From an uncultured Bacilli bacterium (GTDB taxonomy: Bacteria; Bacillota_I; Bacilli_A; RF39; UBA660): DNA of 62,293 bases. How positions within the stretch are numbered: the first letter of the stretch is position 1; every line of letters starts with the position of its first letter. The notes beneath the pieces are model-generated. The model searched no databases, was not told where the DNA came from, and saw only the letters and a list, made by a program, of their open reading frames with translations. Below, piece by piece: positions 1-9,306 of the stretch. The DNA lies in NCBI GenBank assembly GCA_934096605.1, contig CAKOMI010000003.1, forward strand, positions 1-62,293. The letters run 5' to 3'. A program made the translations under genes and the position numbers.

Positions 1-237
1 ATTGCAAATTTGACAAAAAAAGTCCAGTTTTATGAGCGTTAGTTAGATTTTTTATTTTCAAAAGTGTTTAAGTTCCGTGATATGGTCTACTTAGTAATAT
101 TAAGTTTTCAAATAATATGGAGTGTAGTACTTTATTATGAAAAAATAAAATTGCATAAAAAAAATTAAAAAATCAATTTTTTTCCTTGACAACATAATAT
201 ATAATATAGTAAACTTTAACAGTAATCACTTGGTAAT

Positions 238-328
238 GGAGTAGTACTCAAGAGGCTGAAGAGGCGTCCCTGCTAAGGATGTAGACCGGGTAACTGGTGC
301 GAGAGTTCGAATCTCTCCTGCTCCGCCA
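238..328 (+). tRNA. tRNA-Ser (anticodon GCT), class II with long variable arm, CCA encoded
   Basis: Cloverleaf read by eye: acceptor GGAGTAG/CTGCTCC, anticodon stem CGTCC/GGATG with loop CTGCTAA, T-arm GAGAGTTCGAATCTCTC, 3' GCCA. Confidence 0.9.
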
Positions 329-390
329 TATGTGTTTATAATCCAGTTTATGGTTTATATAAAAATTTTTATCAAATTGATAAAAAAGAC

Positions 391-419
391 TTGTCAAACG
401 ATACAAAATAAGTTAAAAT
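391..419 (+). promoter_or_regulatory. sigma-A type promoter for tRNA-Ile/tRNA-Glu
   Basis: TTGTCA (391-396), 17-nt spacer, TAAAAT (414-419), about 20 nt upstream of tRNA-Ile. Confidence 0.5.
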
Positions 420-439
420 TAAATAGTCGTTGACAAAAT

Positions 440-516
<77 letters not shown>

Positions 517-526
517 TTTTGTTTAT

Positions 527-603
527 GGCCCGTTGGTGAAGTGGTTGAACACACATGCCTTTCACGCATGCATTCATGGGTTCAAATCCCGTACGGGTCA
601 CCA
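527..603 (+). tRNA. tRNA-Glu (anticodon TTC)
   Basis: GGCCCGT acceptor pairing with ACGGGTC, anticodon stem CATGC/GCATG with loop CTTTCAC, T-loop GGTTCAAATCC, terminal CCA. Confidence 0.9.
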
Positions 604-616
604 GTTTTGTAATAAT

Positions 617-638
617 CCCTTTATTTAAAGGGTTTTTT
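617..638 (+). terminator. rho-independent terminator after the tRNA cluster
   Basis: CCCTTT/AAAGGG stem with 4-nt loop, followed by TTTTTT. Confidence 0.7.
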
Positions 639-805
639 CATACTTTCAAACTCTTTCAAACACACTTGCAACACACTATTTTAAGTTATTTATAATTTTA
701 GTCATGTTTTTTAGCTCACTTTCATGCAAATGTGTATGAATATTTAATGTCATAGATATTGGGGGAATATTCTTATTTTAATTACTCCCAAATAAAAAAT
801 TCTCC

Positions 806-1705
806 TTAAAGGAGATTTTTTTTCTTTAAAATAAGTATTAAAATAATAGCTACTAAAAATGATATTAAAACAATTAATAAAAACGAAAAAGGATTAGTAC
901 CAAATTCCCCAAGAGAAAGATTCATACCTAAAAAAGAAGAAATCATTGTTGGTATAGAAATAACTAAAGTAACAGAAGTTAAAAATTTCATAACATCATT
1001 TAAATTATTAGAAATAATAGAACTATATGTATCCATAGTACTTTCTAATATTTCTCGGTAAATATTAGCCATTTCAATTGCTTGATTAATTTCTAACTCA
1101 GCATCTATAATAAGTTCTGTATTATTACTAAAATTATCAATCTTTTTAATCTTTTCTAATAAAGAACGATTTCCTTGTAATGCAGTAGTAAAATAAAGCA
1201 AACTTTTTTGTAATGTTAACATATGTTCTAAATCTTTATTGCTAGTTGATTTAATTAATGTTTTTTCTTTTTCTAAAATATCTTCTTGAATCTCATTTAA
1301 ATACTTTATAAAATACTCAGTACTTTTCATTATCCAAATAACAGGATTAGTAATATCTATATTTTCGTTAGCCTTTAATTCTTCTATTAACGGATGTTCA
1401 TTTAAAGAAATAGAAAGTAAAATATTACCATTTAAAAATAAACTAACTGGATAAGATCTATATTTTTTATTATCACTAGTCTCTATAACATAAGGCATTT
1501 TAAAAACGTAAGTTGTAACATTACCATTTATATCTATATGTGGTGTTTCAAACTTATCAGTTGCCTTAATTAAATCGTTATAATCAAAAGCATATGTATC
1601 ACTTAATTCTTTTAATTTCTTTTCACTAGGATTACTAAAATTTAGCCATTTAAATTCTTTTAAATCTTTACTATTCATATTATCACCATCTTTATGATAC
1701 CACAT
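806..1705 (-). CDS. corA: CorA-family magnesium/cobalt transporter
   Basis: 299 aa; two C-terminal TM helices with the GMN signature (FLGMNLS) between them; hairpin TCTCCTT/AAGGAGA plus T-run spans the stop codon. Confidence 0.75.
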   Translation of the reverse strand: MWYHKDGDNMNSKDLKEFKWLNFSNPSEKKLKELSDTYAFDYNDLIKATDKFETPHIDINGNVTTYVFKMPYVIETSDNKKYRSYPVSLFLNGNILLSISLNEHPLIEELKANENIDITNPVIWIMKSTEYFIKYLNEIQEDILEKEKTLIKSTSNKDLEHMLTLQKSLLYFTTALQGNRSLLEKIKKIDNFSNNTELIIDAELEINQAIEMANIYREILESTMDTYSSIISNNLNDVMKFLTSVTLVISIPTMISSFLGMNLSLGEFGTNPFSFLLIVLISFLVAIILILILKKKNLL

Positions 1706-1740
1706 AATCGTGTTATAATAAATCCGTAAGGACGTGTTTT

Positions 1741-3219
1741 ATGCAAAAAGAATTATTAGTGCCCGTAGGCTCATTTGAAACTTTAAAGTACGCTATTTGT
1801 GGTGGAGCAGACGCAGTCTATCTAGGTGGCCAAAAATTTGGGGCTCGTGCCTACGCTAAAAACCTTTCAGAAAGTGAAATAATTAAAGCTAGGGAGTATT
1901 GTCATTTATATGGTGTAAAAATCTATGTAACTGTCAATACTATGCTTTTTGAAAGTGCTTTTACAAGTGCGGCAGAATATATTGATTTTTTATATAATGC
2001 TCATGTAGATGCCTTAATAGTTAGTGATTTAGGCTTAATTTCTTATATTCATAAGAATTATCCTGACTTAGAAATTCATGCTTCAACCCAAGCCCATACT
2101 TTTAATCAAGATGAAGTATCATTCTTAAAAACTCTTGGTGTCAAAAGGGTAGTATTTGATCGTGAAATGTCTTTAGAAGAAATAGAAAATATTAAAGATA
2201 TCGAAAAAGAAGTTTTTATTCATGGTGCTTTATGTGCTTGCTATTCAGGCCAATGTCTTATTAGTGCGTTACACAAAAAAAGAAGTGGTAACCTTGGTAG
2301 TTGTGAAGGTAGCTGTCGTATGCCTTATAAATTATATCGTCATAATAAACAAATAAATGACTATGGAGCCTATCCTTTGTCTACTAAAGAACTAAATACT
2401 AGTACTTCTTTTGCTAAATTATTAAAAAGTGATATAACTAGTTTTAAAATAGAAGGACGAATGAAAAGTAAAGAATATGTTTATTATGTTACTCGTTTAT
2501 ATAAAAGATTAATGGAAGAATATAGTAAATATAAAACTTGTACGGTTACCAATGAAGATACAAAAACACTTGAATGCCTTTTTTATCGTGGCTTCACTAA
2601 TGGCTATCTATTTAATGAAAAAAATATCTATGCACCTAAAACTAGTAATCATCAAGGTTCATTCTTAGGTGATGTTGTATCTATTAGAAAAGACAAGCTT
2701 GGTATTAAACTTGCAAGTGATTTATATCAGGGTGACGCTATTCGTTTTACGTTTGATAATACTGGTATGTATGTTAATTATTTGTATGATGCCAAAGACA
2801 ATTTAATATCTCATGGTGTAAAAGGTAGTATTGTATATGTAAAAAATAGCAATGATAAACTAATCAATTCTTCTGTTCGTAAAACAGTTAATTCCGTGTT
2901 AATTAAAAACTTAAACAATATAACAGAACCAAAAATAAAAATTACTATGTCATTTACATGTACAACGAGTGATATTTCACTAACTATTTCAGATCTCCAA
3001 AATAATATTACAGTTAAATATTCAGGGGCAGAACCTGCTACAAACAAAATAACAACTAAAGAAGAAATTGAGTCCAAATTATTAAAACTTGGCAATACTC
3101 CCTTTATATGTAAAAATATTACAATTAATATTATAGGTGATTTGTTTATTCCTATTTCCAAGGTCAATAATTTAAGAAGAGAAGCAATTACTAAACTAAT
3201 TGAAAGGAGATCTAAATAA
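1741..3219 (+). CDS. peptidase U32 family protein
   Basis: N-terminus LLVPVGSFETLKYAICGGADAVYLGG..FGARAYA and motif HGALCACYSGQCLIS are typical of U32 collagenase-like proteins. Confidence 0.8.
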   Translation: MQKELLVPVGSFETLKYAICGGADAVYLGGQKFGARAYAKNLSESEIIKAREYCHLYGVKIYVTVNTMLFESAFTSAAEYIDFLYNAHVDALIVSDLGLISYIHKNYPDLEIHASTQAHTFNQDEVSFLKTLGVKRVVFDREMSLEEIENIKDIEKEVFIHGALCACYSGQCLISALHKKRSGNLGSCEGSCRMPYKLYRHNKQINDYGAYPLSTKELNTSTSFAKLLKSDITSFKIEGRMKSKEYVYYVTRLYKRLMEEYSKYKTCTVTNEDTKTLECLFYRGFTNGYLFNEKNIYAPKTSNHQGSFLGDVVSIRKDKLGIKLASDLYQGDAIRFTFDNTGMYVNYLYDAKDNLISHGVKGSIVYVKNSNDKLINSSVRKTVNSVLIKNLNNITEPKIKITMSFTCTTSDISLTISDLQNNITVKYSGAEPATNKITTKEEIESKLLKLGNTPFICKNITINIIGDLFIPISKVNNLRREAITKLIERRSK

Positions 3220-3842
3220 TGATAAATCTTTTTGTTTTTATTACTAATGAAGAACAATATAAAGAATTATTAAAATATCCTATTAAGGCTATTTGTACAA
3301 ACAATTATGAGTTAGCTTTAAAACATCAAGATATTTATTATGAAATAGGTAGTGATGAGACTTTAGATATAATACCAACTAATTTACTTGCTAATGATAC
3401 AGGTATCATCTATAAATACAAAGATAGTCATAATATTATAACTAATTTTAATTTAAATGTAGCTAATACGGCCACAATTAAACTTTTAAAAGAGAATAAT
3501 GTTAAATATATAGGTATATCTTTAGAATGTTCTATTATAGACTTAGAAAATTTATCTTTTAAAGATAATATTATCTGTTACTTATATGGTAGACCAAAGG
3601 TAATGTTTTTAAAAAGCCATCCCTTCTTGCAAGATGGTGATATTTTAAAAAATATTAATAATAAAGAATACCAAGTCAAAAAAGAAAAAGACAAAATAGT
3701 TTTATACCATTATGACGTGTTAGATAAAAGAAAACATTTAAGTGCTTATACAACTAGTGGTATAAACAATTTCTATTTACATTTTACGAATGAATCACCA
3801 TCTATGCTAGCAGATATTATAAAAAGCATTATTGAAAAATAA
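3219..3842 (+). CDS. short U32-like protein (partial barrel), start codon overlapping the stop of the upstream U32 gene (TAATG)
   Basis: ATG overlaps upstream stop; segment NLNVANTATIKLLKENNVKYIGISLECS resembles the U32 NVxN...LSxE region. Confidence 0.45.
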   Translation: MINLFVFITNEEQYKELLKYPIKAICTNNYELALKHQDIYYEIGSDETLDIIPTNLLANDTGIIYKYKDSHNIITNFNLNVANTATIKLLKENNVKYIGISLECSIIDLENLSFKDNIICYLYGRPKVMFLKSHPFLQDGDILKNINNKEYQVKKEKDKIVLYHYDVLDKRKHLSAYTTSGINNFYLHFTNESPSMLADIIKSIIEK

Positions 3843-3925
3843 AATCATGTCAAATTAGCTATAACTTATGACTTTTATTAAAAAATTTGATATAGTATAA
3901 GAGTAATATAGAAAGGGGTGTGGTT

Positions 3926-4675
3926 ATGCAACCACCAAAAGTAATGGCTCATTTAAAACCTGCACATATTTCTTGTTCTAGAGAAGAGATTGCACCTATT
4001 GTAATTATGCCAGGAGATCCGCTAAGAGCTAAATATATATCTGAAAAATATTTAGAAGATGCTAAATTAATTAATACCGTTAGAAACATGTATGGCTATA
4101 CTGGAACATATAAAGGCACTCGTGTAACTGTCATGGCTCATGGTATGGGTATGCCTAGTGTAAGTATTTATGCATTTGAATTACTATATTTCTTTGGTGT
4201 AAAAAAAATAATAAGAATTGGTACATGTGGAGCATTAGACGAAAGAATAAATGTTCCTGAGTTAATTATTGCTAGTGATAGTTATACAGAAGCGAACTTT
4301 GCTTATTCATATAATGGAGATCCTACGCATATTGCTTATCCCAGTGAAAATCTTACTAGTATTATTACTAAAAAAGCTCAAGAAAAAGGCTTAAATTATC
4401 ACGTTGGAACAGTTATGTGTACTGAACAATTTGGCTTTTATTCTGATAATGAACATGTCTTAAATAGAGTTCCTAAAGATATTCACTTATTAGGTGAAGA
4501 AATGGAAACTTTTGCTTTGTTTCATATAGCAAATAGTTTTAAAGCCGAGTCAGCCGCGATATTAACAGTTGTAGATAGCAAATTTAATGAAGATTTCTTA
4601 ACTCCAGAACAAAGAGAGAAGTCGTTAGATGATATGATAACACTTGCTTTAGATAGCATAGTAAAAGAGGACTAA
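3926..4675 (+). CDS. deoD: purine nucleoside phosphorylase, DeoD type
   Basis: MPGDPLRAKYISEKYLEDAKLINTVRNMYGYTGTYKG..VMAHGMGMPS matches the DeoD family; start set at ATG 7 nt after RBS GAAAGGGG (ORF track starts at GTG 3920). Confidence 0.88.
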   Translation: MQPPKVMAHLKPAHISCSREEIAPIVIMPGDPLRAKYISEKYLEDAKLINTVRNMYGYTGTYKGTRVTVMAHGMGMPSVSIYAFELLYFFGVKKIIRIGTCGALDERINVPELIIASDSYTEANFAYSYNGDPTHIAYPSENLTSIITKKAQEKGLNYHVGTVMCTEQFGFYSDNEHVLNRVPKDIHLLGEEMETFALFHIANSFKAESAAILTVVDSKFNEDFLTPEQREKSLDDMITLALDSIVKED

Positions 4676-4688
4676 ATAGTCCTCTTTT
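4667..4688. terminator. bidirectional hairpin terminator between convergent deoD and the collagen-like gene
   Basis: GAGGACTA/TAGTCCTC stem spanning the deoD stop, followed by TTTT. Confidence 0.55.
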
Positions 4689-4689
4689 A

Positions 4690-5502
4690 CTATGCGGCTG
4701 GTCCTGTAGGTCCTTGTGGAATAGTTAAATCTAACGAATAAGTATTATTGCCTAAATTGTTAATAGTTGCAGCTGCATTAGTTCCAGGATTTCCAGTTGT
4801 TACTGTTCCAATTTGTAAATTGATCGCGGGTCCGGTAGGCCCCGTAGGTCCTTGTTCACCAGCAGCACCAGCAACCCCTTGTGGTCCAGTAGGTCCAGTA
4901 GGCCCCGTAGGTCCAGTAGGTCCGGTAGGTCCTTGCTCACCAGCAGTACCAGCGATACCTTGTGGTCCAGTAGGTCCGGTAGGTCCCGTAGGTCCTTGTT
5001 CACCAGCAGCACCAGCAATACCTTGTGGTCCAGTAGGTCCGGTAGGTCCTTGCTCACCAGCAGTACCAGCGATACCTTGTGGTCCAGTAGGTCCAGTAGG
5101 TCCTTGTTCACCAGCAGTACCAGCGATACCTTGTGGTCCAGTAGGTCCAGTAGGTCCTTGTTCACCAGCAGCCCCAGCAACCCCTTGTGGTCCAGTAGGT
5201 CCGGTAGGTCCTTGCTCACCAGCAGTACCAGCAATACCTTGTGGTCCAGTAGGTCCAGTAGGTCCAGCCGGTATAACAAAATTTAATATAGCATTTTCAT
5301 TAGTTCCAGCATTAACAACCGATGCACTAGAGCCTGGAAGCCCTTGTGTTGTTGTTCCGACACTTATAGTTGCCGGTCCTTGAGGTCCCGTAGGTCCCGT
5401 AGGACCAATCACACTCCTGCTTGAACAGCAGCAGCTTTGTTGTAAACTGTTTTTTTGAGCATTTTTTACATAATTATATGCTCTTTGATAATCTTGATCC
5501 AT
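4690..5502 (-). CDS. collagen-like triple-helix repeat protein (BclA-like spore surface protein candidate)
   Basis: Long G-X-Y run ([18 protein letters not shown] repeated) and two related non-collagen beta-type modules ([36 protein letters not shown]; [36 protein letters not shown]). Confidence 0.85.
   Translation of the reverse strand: MDQDYQRAYNYVKNAQKNSLQQSCCCSSRSVIGPTGPTGPQGPATISVGTTTQGLPGSSASVVNAGTNENAILNFVIPAGPTGPTGPQGIAGTAGEQGPTGPTGPQGVAGAAGEQGPTGPTGPQGIAGTAGEQGPTGPTGPQGIAGTAGEQGPTGPTGPQGIAGAAGEQGPTGPTGPTGPQGIAGTAGEQGPTGPTGPTGPTGPTGPQGVAGAAGEQGPTGPTGPAINLQIGTVTTGNPGTNAAATINNLGNNTYSLDLTIPQGPTGPAA
4826..5269 (-). repeat. tandem 54-bp (18-codon) repeats with 9-bp GPT sub-repeats inside the collagen-like gene
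   Basis: Unit ggtccagtaggtccggtaggtccttgctcaccagcagtaccagcgataccttgt recurs about 7-8 times with point variants; locally GC-rich versus the AT-rich surroundings. Confidence 0.9.
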
Positions 5503-5553
5503 AATTAAACACCTTTTCTTCTAAAGGATAATAACAAATTAATCCCTTTATAT

Positions 5554-5580
5554 TAAAATATGTCAGAAGAAATATTTTGT
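5554..5580 (-). promoter_or_regulatory. sigma-K-like (late mother cell) promoter candidate for the collagen-like gene
   Basis: Minus strand reads AC-N16-CATATTTTA, matching the AC / CATAnnnTA consensus, about 50 nt upstream of the ATG. Confidence 0.4.
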
Positions 5581-5884
5581 ATATGCTAATACCCAAGATA
5601 AATATATATTAATCCATAAAATAAGCGATATATGCTGTGTTTCTTTTCCAGAAACATTCATGATAAATCATAAAAATAAAGACTTATAATTAGACATAAG
5701 AACAAAATTTTAATTTGCCAAAAATTTAATTAAATGGCCATAAAATAATTCAAATTACTATTATCTTTAATTTAGATATTACTTAAATGTATCATTAGTT
5801 TTTATCAATTTAAAAGACATTATCTAACTTTTACATTAATTATTTTCCTATTTATTCGATTTTTATAAAATTTTCTTAAAAATA

Positions 5885-5893
5885 TGGTATAAT
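5885..5893 (+). promoter_or_regulatory. extended -10 promoter (TGgTATAAT) for the 771-aa gene
   Basis: TGGTATAAT about 27 nt upstream of the ATG at 5920. Confidence 0.5.
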
Positions 5894-5919
5894 TTTTAAC
5901 ATAGGAAGAGTGGTTAAAG

Positions 5920-8235
5920 ATGAATAAAGAAATAGAAGAACTTATTAGTGTGATAGATAAAGTAGCTAATGAACTAATTATCTCTAGAGTAAAACATGAA
6001 GATTTATTAAAAAGTTATGATGCTTATTTAGAAACTTTAGCAGATTTAGACGATAAAATTATATCTAAGAAAAATGTTAATAAAACATTGCTTGATAGTT
6101 ATAAAATCACGCGCGCAACTTATCAGTTAGAAATAAATAAGTTATTAAGTAAAATTGTAACTAGTGAAAAAGAAATTGCTTCTGCCAAAGAAGAATTAAG
6201 TGATTTAACTTTCTTAAAAGAAACATATGCCAAAAAGCTAAATTTAATTTATAAAATTAAAGCAATAGAGGTGTCTTCACTAAATTCACCAGAAAATATG
6301 TTAGAGCAAGTCAAAAGCTATTCTGGTAAAGAAATGAAAATTCTAAAAGAAGAGGTTAAAAACTATCAAGCTCTTATAGATTCCCTTGGTCTTATTGATA
6401 TAAAACTTTGCAGTGTGTTTGCTAAAGTAAAAGAAAAAGAAGAAATAAAAGATATTAATTTTGAAGAAAGTTATTTAGTTACAGAGCCACCAGTTGATGA
6501 TTTAGAAACTTTACAAAAAGAGCGTGACAACATAATAAATGCTATGACTAGTATTGAAAATATGCCTGGCAAAAAAGCTTTATTTAGTGTGAAAAATAAT
6601 GGTAATCAAATAAAAAAGCAAATATCTTCTCGTTACTTAGCTAAATATAAAGGCCTATATAATAAATTAACAGTTCTTGATTTAGAAATTGCCTCTTTAA
6701 AAACTAATACAATGCGTATTACTTTTGATGAAAATTTATATAATAACATGACTGAGCTTCAAAAACTTGCATATGCTGCTAACTTAGAATTGCAAATTGA
6801 AAATAGTGAGTACGTAGGTCCAGTCTATGTCGATAAGCATACCAATAAAAAAATACCTGTGGCCTATAAAAGTCTTTATGAAAGATTACTAAGAATTACT
6901 AATCCAAAGAAAAAAAATAATTATTTAGAAAGTCCATTAAGTAAAGAGTACTTAAGTAAGAAAACATTAAGTGATCAAAAAGATTATTATAAAGCCCTTG
7001 TTATACAGATAATTTCATCACCTGTATCAAATCCAGTCGAATATTCTTATAAAGGTGTTTCAGTGACTATAGATGCAAGTTTATTGTCTTTATTTAAAGA
7101 GACTATTGCAAACTATGAAGAAGTAATGCAAAAAGCAGAAGAAGAACTTAAAGCTGTTAATATTAAAATTGAGAATATTGATAGCCTTTTACCAAATGAG
7201 CCTATTAAAGTAACTTCTAAAAATAAAGAAATAACTATCGATAAAAATAATGTCGTTACCCTTAGTGAACTTTCAAGTAGTGCCAGCAACTTAGAAGAGT
7301 TAATGAATGATAATTTAAATGATGATATTCCTCTTGATTATCCAAAAGACTTAGATATTACTCTTGATGAAGAATATATAAAAACTTTAAATCAAGAAGA
7401 ACAAAAAGCTTATTATAAATTAAAACTCCATGATATTGAGCTTCATTCTACTAATGCTGCCAAAGTTTTAGAAACAGTTGATAAACAGCCTTATCGTTAT
7501 GATGAACACTACAGTGGTCTTTTCCATGAAATAGTAAGAAGATACAATAATATTTTAAAAAATGAAGCAAAACCTCTTACTGTTGTAGAAAAAAGACGTC
7601 CAAAATTCTTGACTAAAATAAAAAGTGAACTTAAAAAGAAGGGGGTTCAAATAGCCCTTGGTGCCGTCGCATTACTTGGTGTTTTAGCCGCTAATCATAA
7701 AAATAATTTAAATTTAGAAGAAAATGTTATTGAAGTACCTTCTGTTACTAATATTGAAGCCCTAAGTAGTGTAGACGAAGCCAAAACTTTAGAAGATGAA
7801 AAAATTCTTGATATAGTAAATACCACTTTAGAAAATGATAATAAAGAGTTAGAAGAACAAGAAGTTCTAGGTCAAACATTTAGACTTAATGAAGGGGCTA
7901 AAATCTATCATCGCTATTACTCAAGTGAAGGTGCTTCACCAACTTTCAAAAGTGATCTATATACAACCATCGGTGTTTTATTAGAAACTAATTATGGCGA
8001 AGAAATAAGAGTTGATTATAACACTCCAGATTGCGAGGAAATTATAGCCAATGTTTTAGAACAAGGTGGCAAAATAATTAAAAGACAAGCCGTATGTGCT
8101 TCTGGCTTACAAGATTTCTTAACCACTGGCATTCCTACTGGTATTGTTGATGAAAGTACTATTAGCCTTGTGAATGAAAATTCTCAGTTAAAAGATATGA
8201 TCATTAACTCACTAAATAATGGAAGGAGTAGATAA
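5920..8235 (+). CDS. hypothetical large coiled-coil protein with one TM helix and a C-terminal globular domain
   Basis: 771 aa; K/E/L-rich heptad-like N-terminal ~570 aa, TM segment GVQIALGAVALLGVLAA, ~170-aa C-terminal domain; RBS GGAAGAGTGG. Confidence 0.6.
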   Translation: MNKEIEELISVIDKVANELIISRVKHEDLLKSYDAYLETLADLDDKIISKKNVNKTLLDSYKITRATYQLEINKLLSKIVTSEKEIASAKEELSDLTFLKETYAKKLNLIYKIKAIEVSSLNSPENMLEQVKSYSGKEMKILKEEVKNYQALIDSLGLIDIKLCSVFAKVKEKEEIKDINFEESYLVTEPPVDDLETLQKERDNIINAMTSIENMPGKKALFSVKNNGNQIKKQISSRYLAKYKGLYNKLTVLDLEIASLKTNTMRITFDENLYNNMTELQKLAYAANLELQIENSEYVGPVYVDKHTNKKIPVAYKSLYERLLRITNPKKKNNYLESPLSKEYLSKKTLSDQKDYYKALVIQIISSPVSNPVEYSYKGVSVTIDASLLSLFKETIANYEEVMQKAEEELKAVNIKIENIDSLLPNEPIKVTSKNKEITIDKNNVVTLSELSSSASNLEELMNDNLNDDIPLDYPKDLDITLDEEYIKTLNQEEQKAYYKLKLHDIELHSTNAAKVLETVDKQPYRYDEHYSGLFHEIVRRYNNILKNEAKPLTVVEKRRPKFLTKIKSELKKKGVQIALGAVALLGVLAANHKNNLNLEENVIEVPSVTNIEALSSVDEAKTLEDEKILDIVNTTLENDNKELEEQEVLGQTFRLNEGAKIYHRYYSSEGASPTFKSDLYTTIGVLLETNYGEEIRVDYNTPDCEEIIANVLEQGGKIIKRQAVCASGLQDFLTTGIPTGIVDESTISLVNENSQLKDMIINSLNNGRSR

Positions 8236-8236
8236 A

Positions 8237-8491
8237 ATGATTTTTCAAGAATATGATATTGTAAGAATTGATAATAAAGAATACGTTATTGCTAAAACAA
8301 AAGAGATTAGTAAAACAAAATATTTCTTATTAGTTAGAGTGGATGAAGAAGAAAATGTTTACTCAGATGACATTCTAATTATGAAACAATCAATTTATAA
8401 TAATATTGAACCAGACAAACTATATCCTTTAAATGAAGAAGAGAAAGATTCTGTTTATCCAATGCTAAAAGAATTGTTAGAAGAAGTCTAA
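8237..8491 (+). CDS. small hypothetical protein (possibly DUF1292-like)
   Basis: Start reset to ATG 8237, preceded by GGAAGGAG, 1 nt after the upstream stop; pattern IVRIDNKEYVIAKT...LLVRVDEEEN resembles DUF1292. Confidence 0.5.
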   Translation: MIFQEYDIVRIDNKEYVIAKTKEISKTKYFLLVRVDEEENVYSDDILIMKQSIYNNIEPDKLYPLNEEEKDSVYPMLKELLEEV

Positions 8492-8650
8492 TCTCTTTTT
8501 TTTATGCTTTAAAAGCCTTTATATTCCTAGTATTTAAGTGTGTTCGACAATATGCGATAACATGTGAGTTTCTCTAACAAAATCTCCTAAAATATCCCCC
8601 TTGTCTAAATTACAAACTTGTTTTAGTATAACTTAGCAAGAAGGGCATCT

Positions 8651-9291
8651 ATGCATAACACAATCGTGAAATCCAAAAAATTTTATACTTGTAAAAGTGA
8701 TAAGCTTTTTAAAGAAATATTTGGTAATAGTAAAAATAAAAAATTATTAATTAGGGAAAACTAATGTGGGTAGAATTAATATTGCCGGAACGCGACAAAC
8801 AAAGATTACTTACATGCCAGAAACTTTTGTTACTTAAGTAATATCTATAATAAAAAATACTAGCATATCCGAGGGTTATGCGGATATACACTTACCATTC
8901 AAATTAACTTTACCTATGGTATAAAGGGTGATGATAAGATCATAAGAATATACAACATTCAAGATGATGAACAAAAATGTTACATAAAAAACTTTGAAAT
9001 ATACGAATACAATATGGATATGATAATGAATTCTTGGTATCTTTAGATACAGAAAAAGTTACTAAATATTCACGTTTAATAATGTTGGATTTAGGAAAGT
9101 ACAATTTAAAAAAATTAACAAAATATGATAAGGATATTGAAAAGTATATGAAGAAAATTACTAAGTTAAATAATGCTGCCAACTTTTGAAAAGTATTTAC
9201 ACCTGAAGAATATGAAAGATACATTAGAAATACTACCATTGCTAAAGCAACTAATTTAACCAAAAAAGATATTCTAAAACTAGGTAAATAA
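8651..9291 (+). pseudogene. decayed Rpn/YhgA-like PD-(D/E)XK nuclease ('putative transposase') gene
   Basis: N-terminal reading MHNTIVKSKKFYTCKSDKLFKEIFGNSKNKKLL then stop; later fragments in shifting frames (KIIRIYNIQDDEQKCYIKNFEIYEYNMD.., LGKYNLKKLTKYDKDIEKYMKKI..) broken by stops. Confidence 0.4.
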
Positions 9292-9306
9292 TAAGTACTT
9301 AGTTTT

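Noticed and set aside
186-214. Sigma-A promoter for tRNA-Ser starting at TTGACA (186-191)
   Set aside because: No acceptable -10 hexamer lies at 16-18 nt spacing; the TATAAT-like strings sit only 8-13 nt away.
2811-3257. Antisense or nested ORFs inside well-supported genes (also 14801-15001, 15861-16127, 18227-18409, 19519-19746, 21749-21940, 22107-22298, 25297-25515, 26522-26722, 28673-28978, 35943-36179, 38679-38978, 40245-40559, 40927-41244, 48969-49259, 53650-53889, 56884-57135)
   Set aside because: Each is embedded in or antisense to a gene with clear family motifs. In AT-rich DNA, antisense frames stay open by chance, and none has a convincing RBS.
4748-5383. Three long alternative-frame ORFs (4748-5383 +, 4800-5279 -, 4852-5286 +) over the collagen gene
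   Set aside because: They are by-products of the GGN/CCN tandem repeats. They have no RBS and a monotonous composition. Only the G-X-Y frame with proper N- and C-terminal domains is credible.
8940-9263. 107-aa minus-strand ORF
   Set aside because: It is low-complexity with no RBS, and it is antisense to the decayed Rpn-like reading frames.
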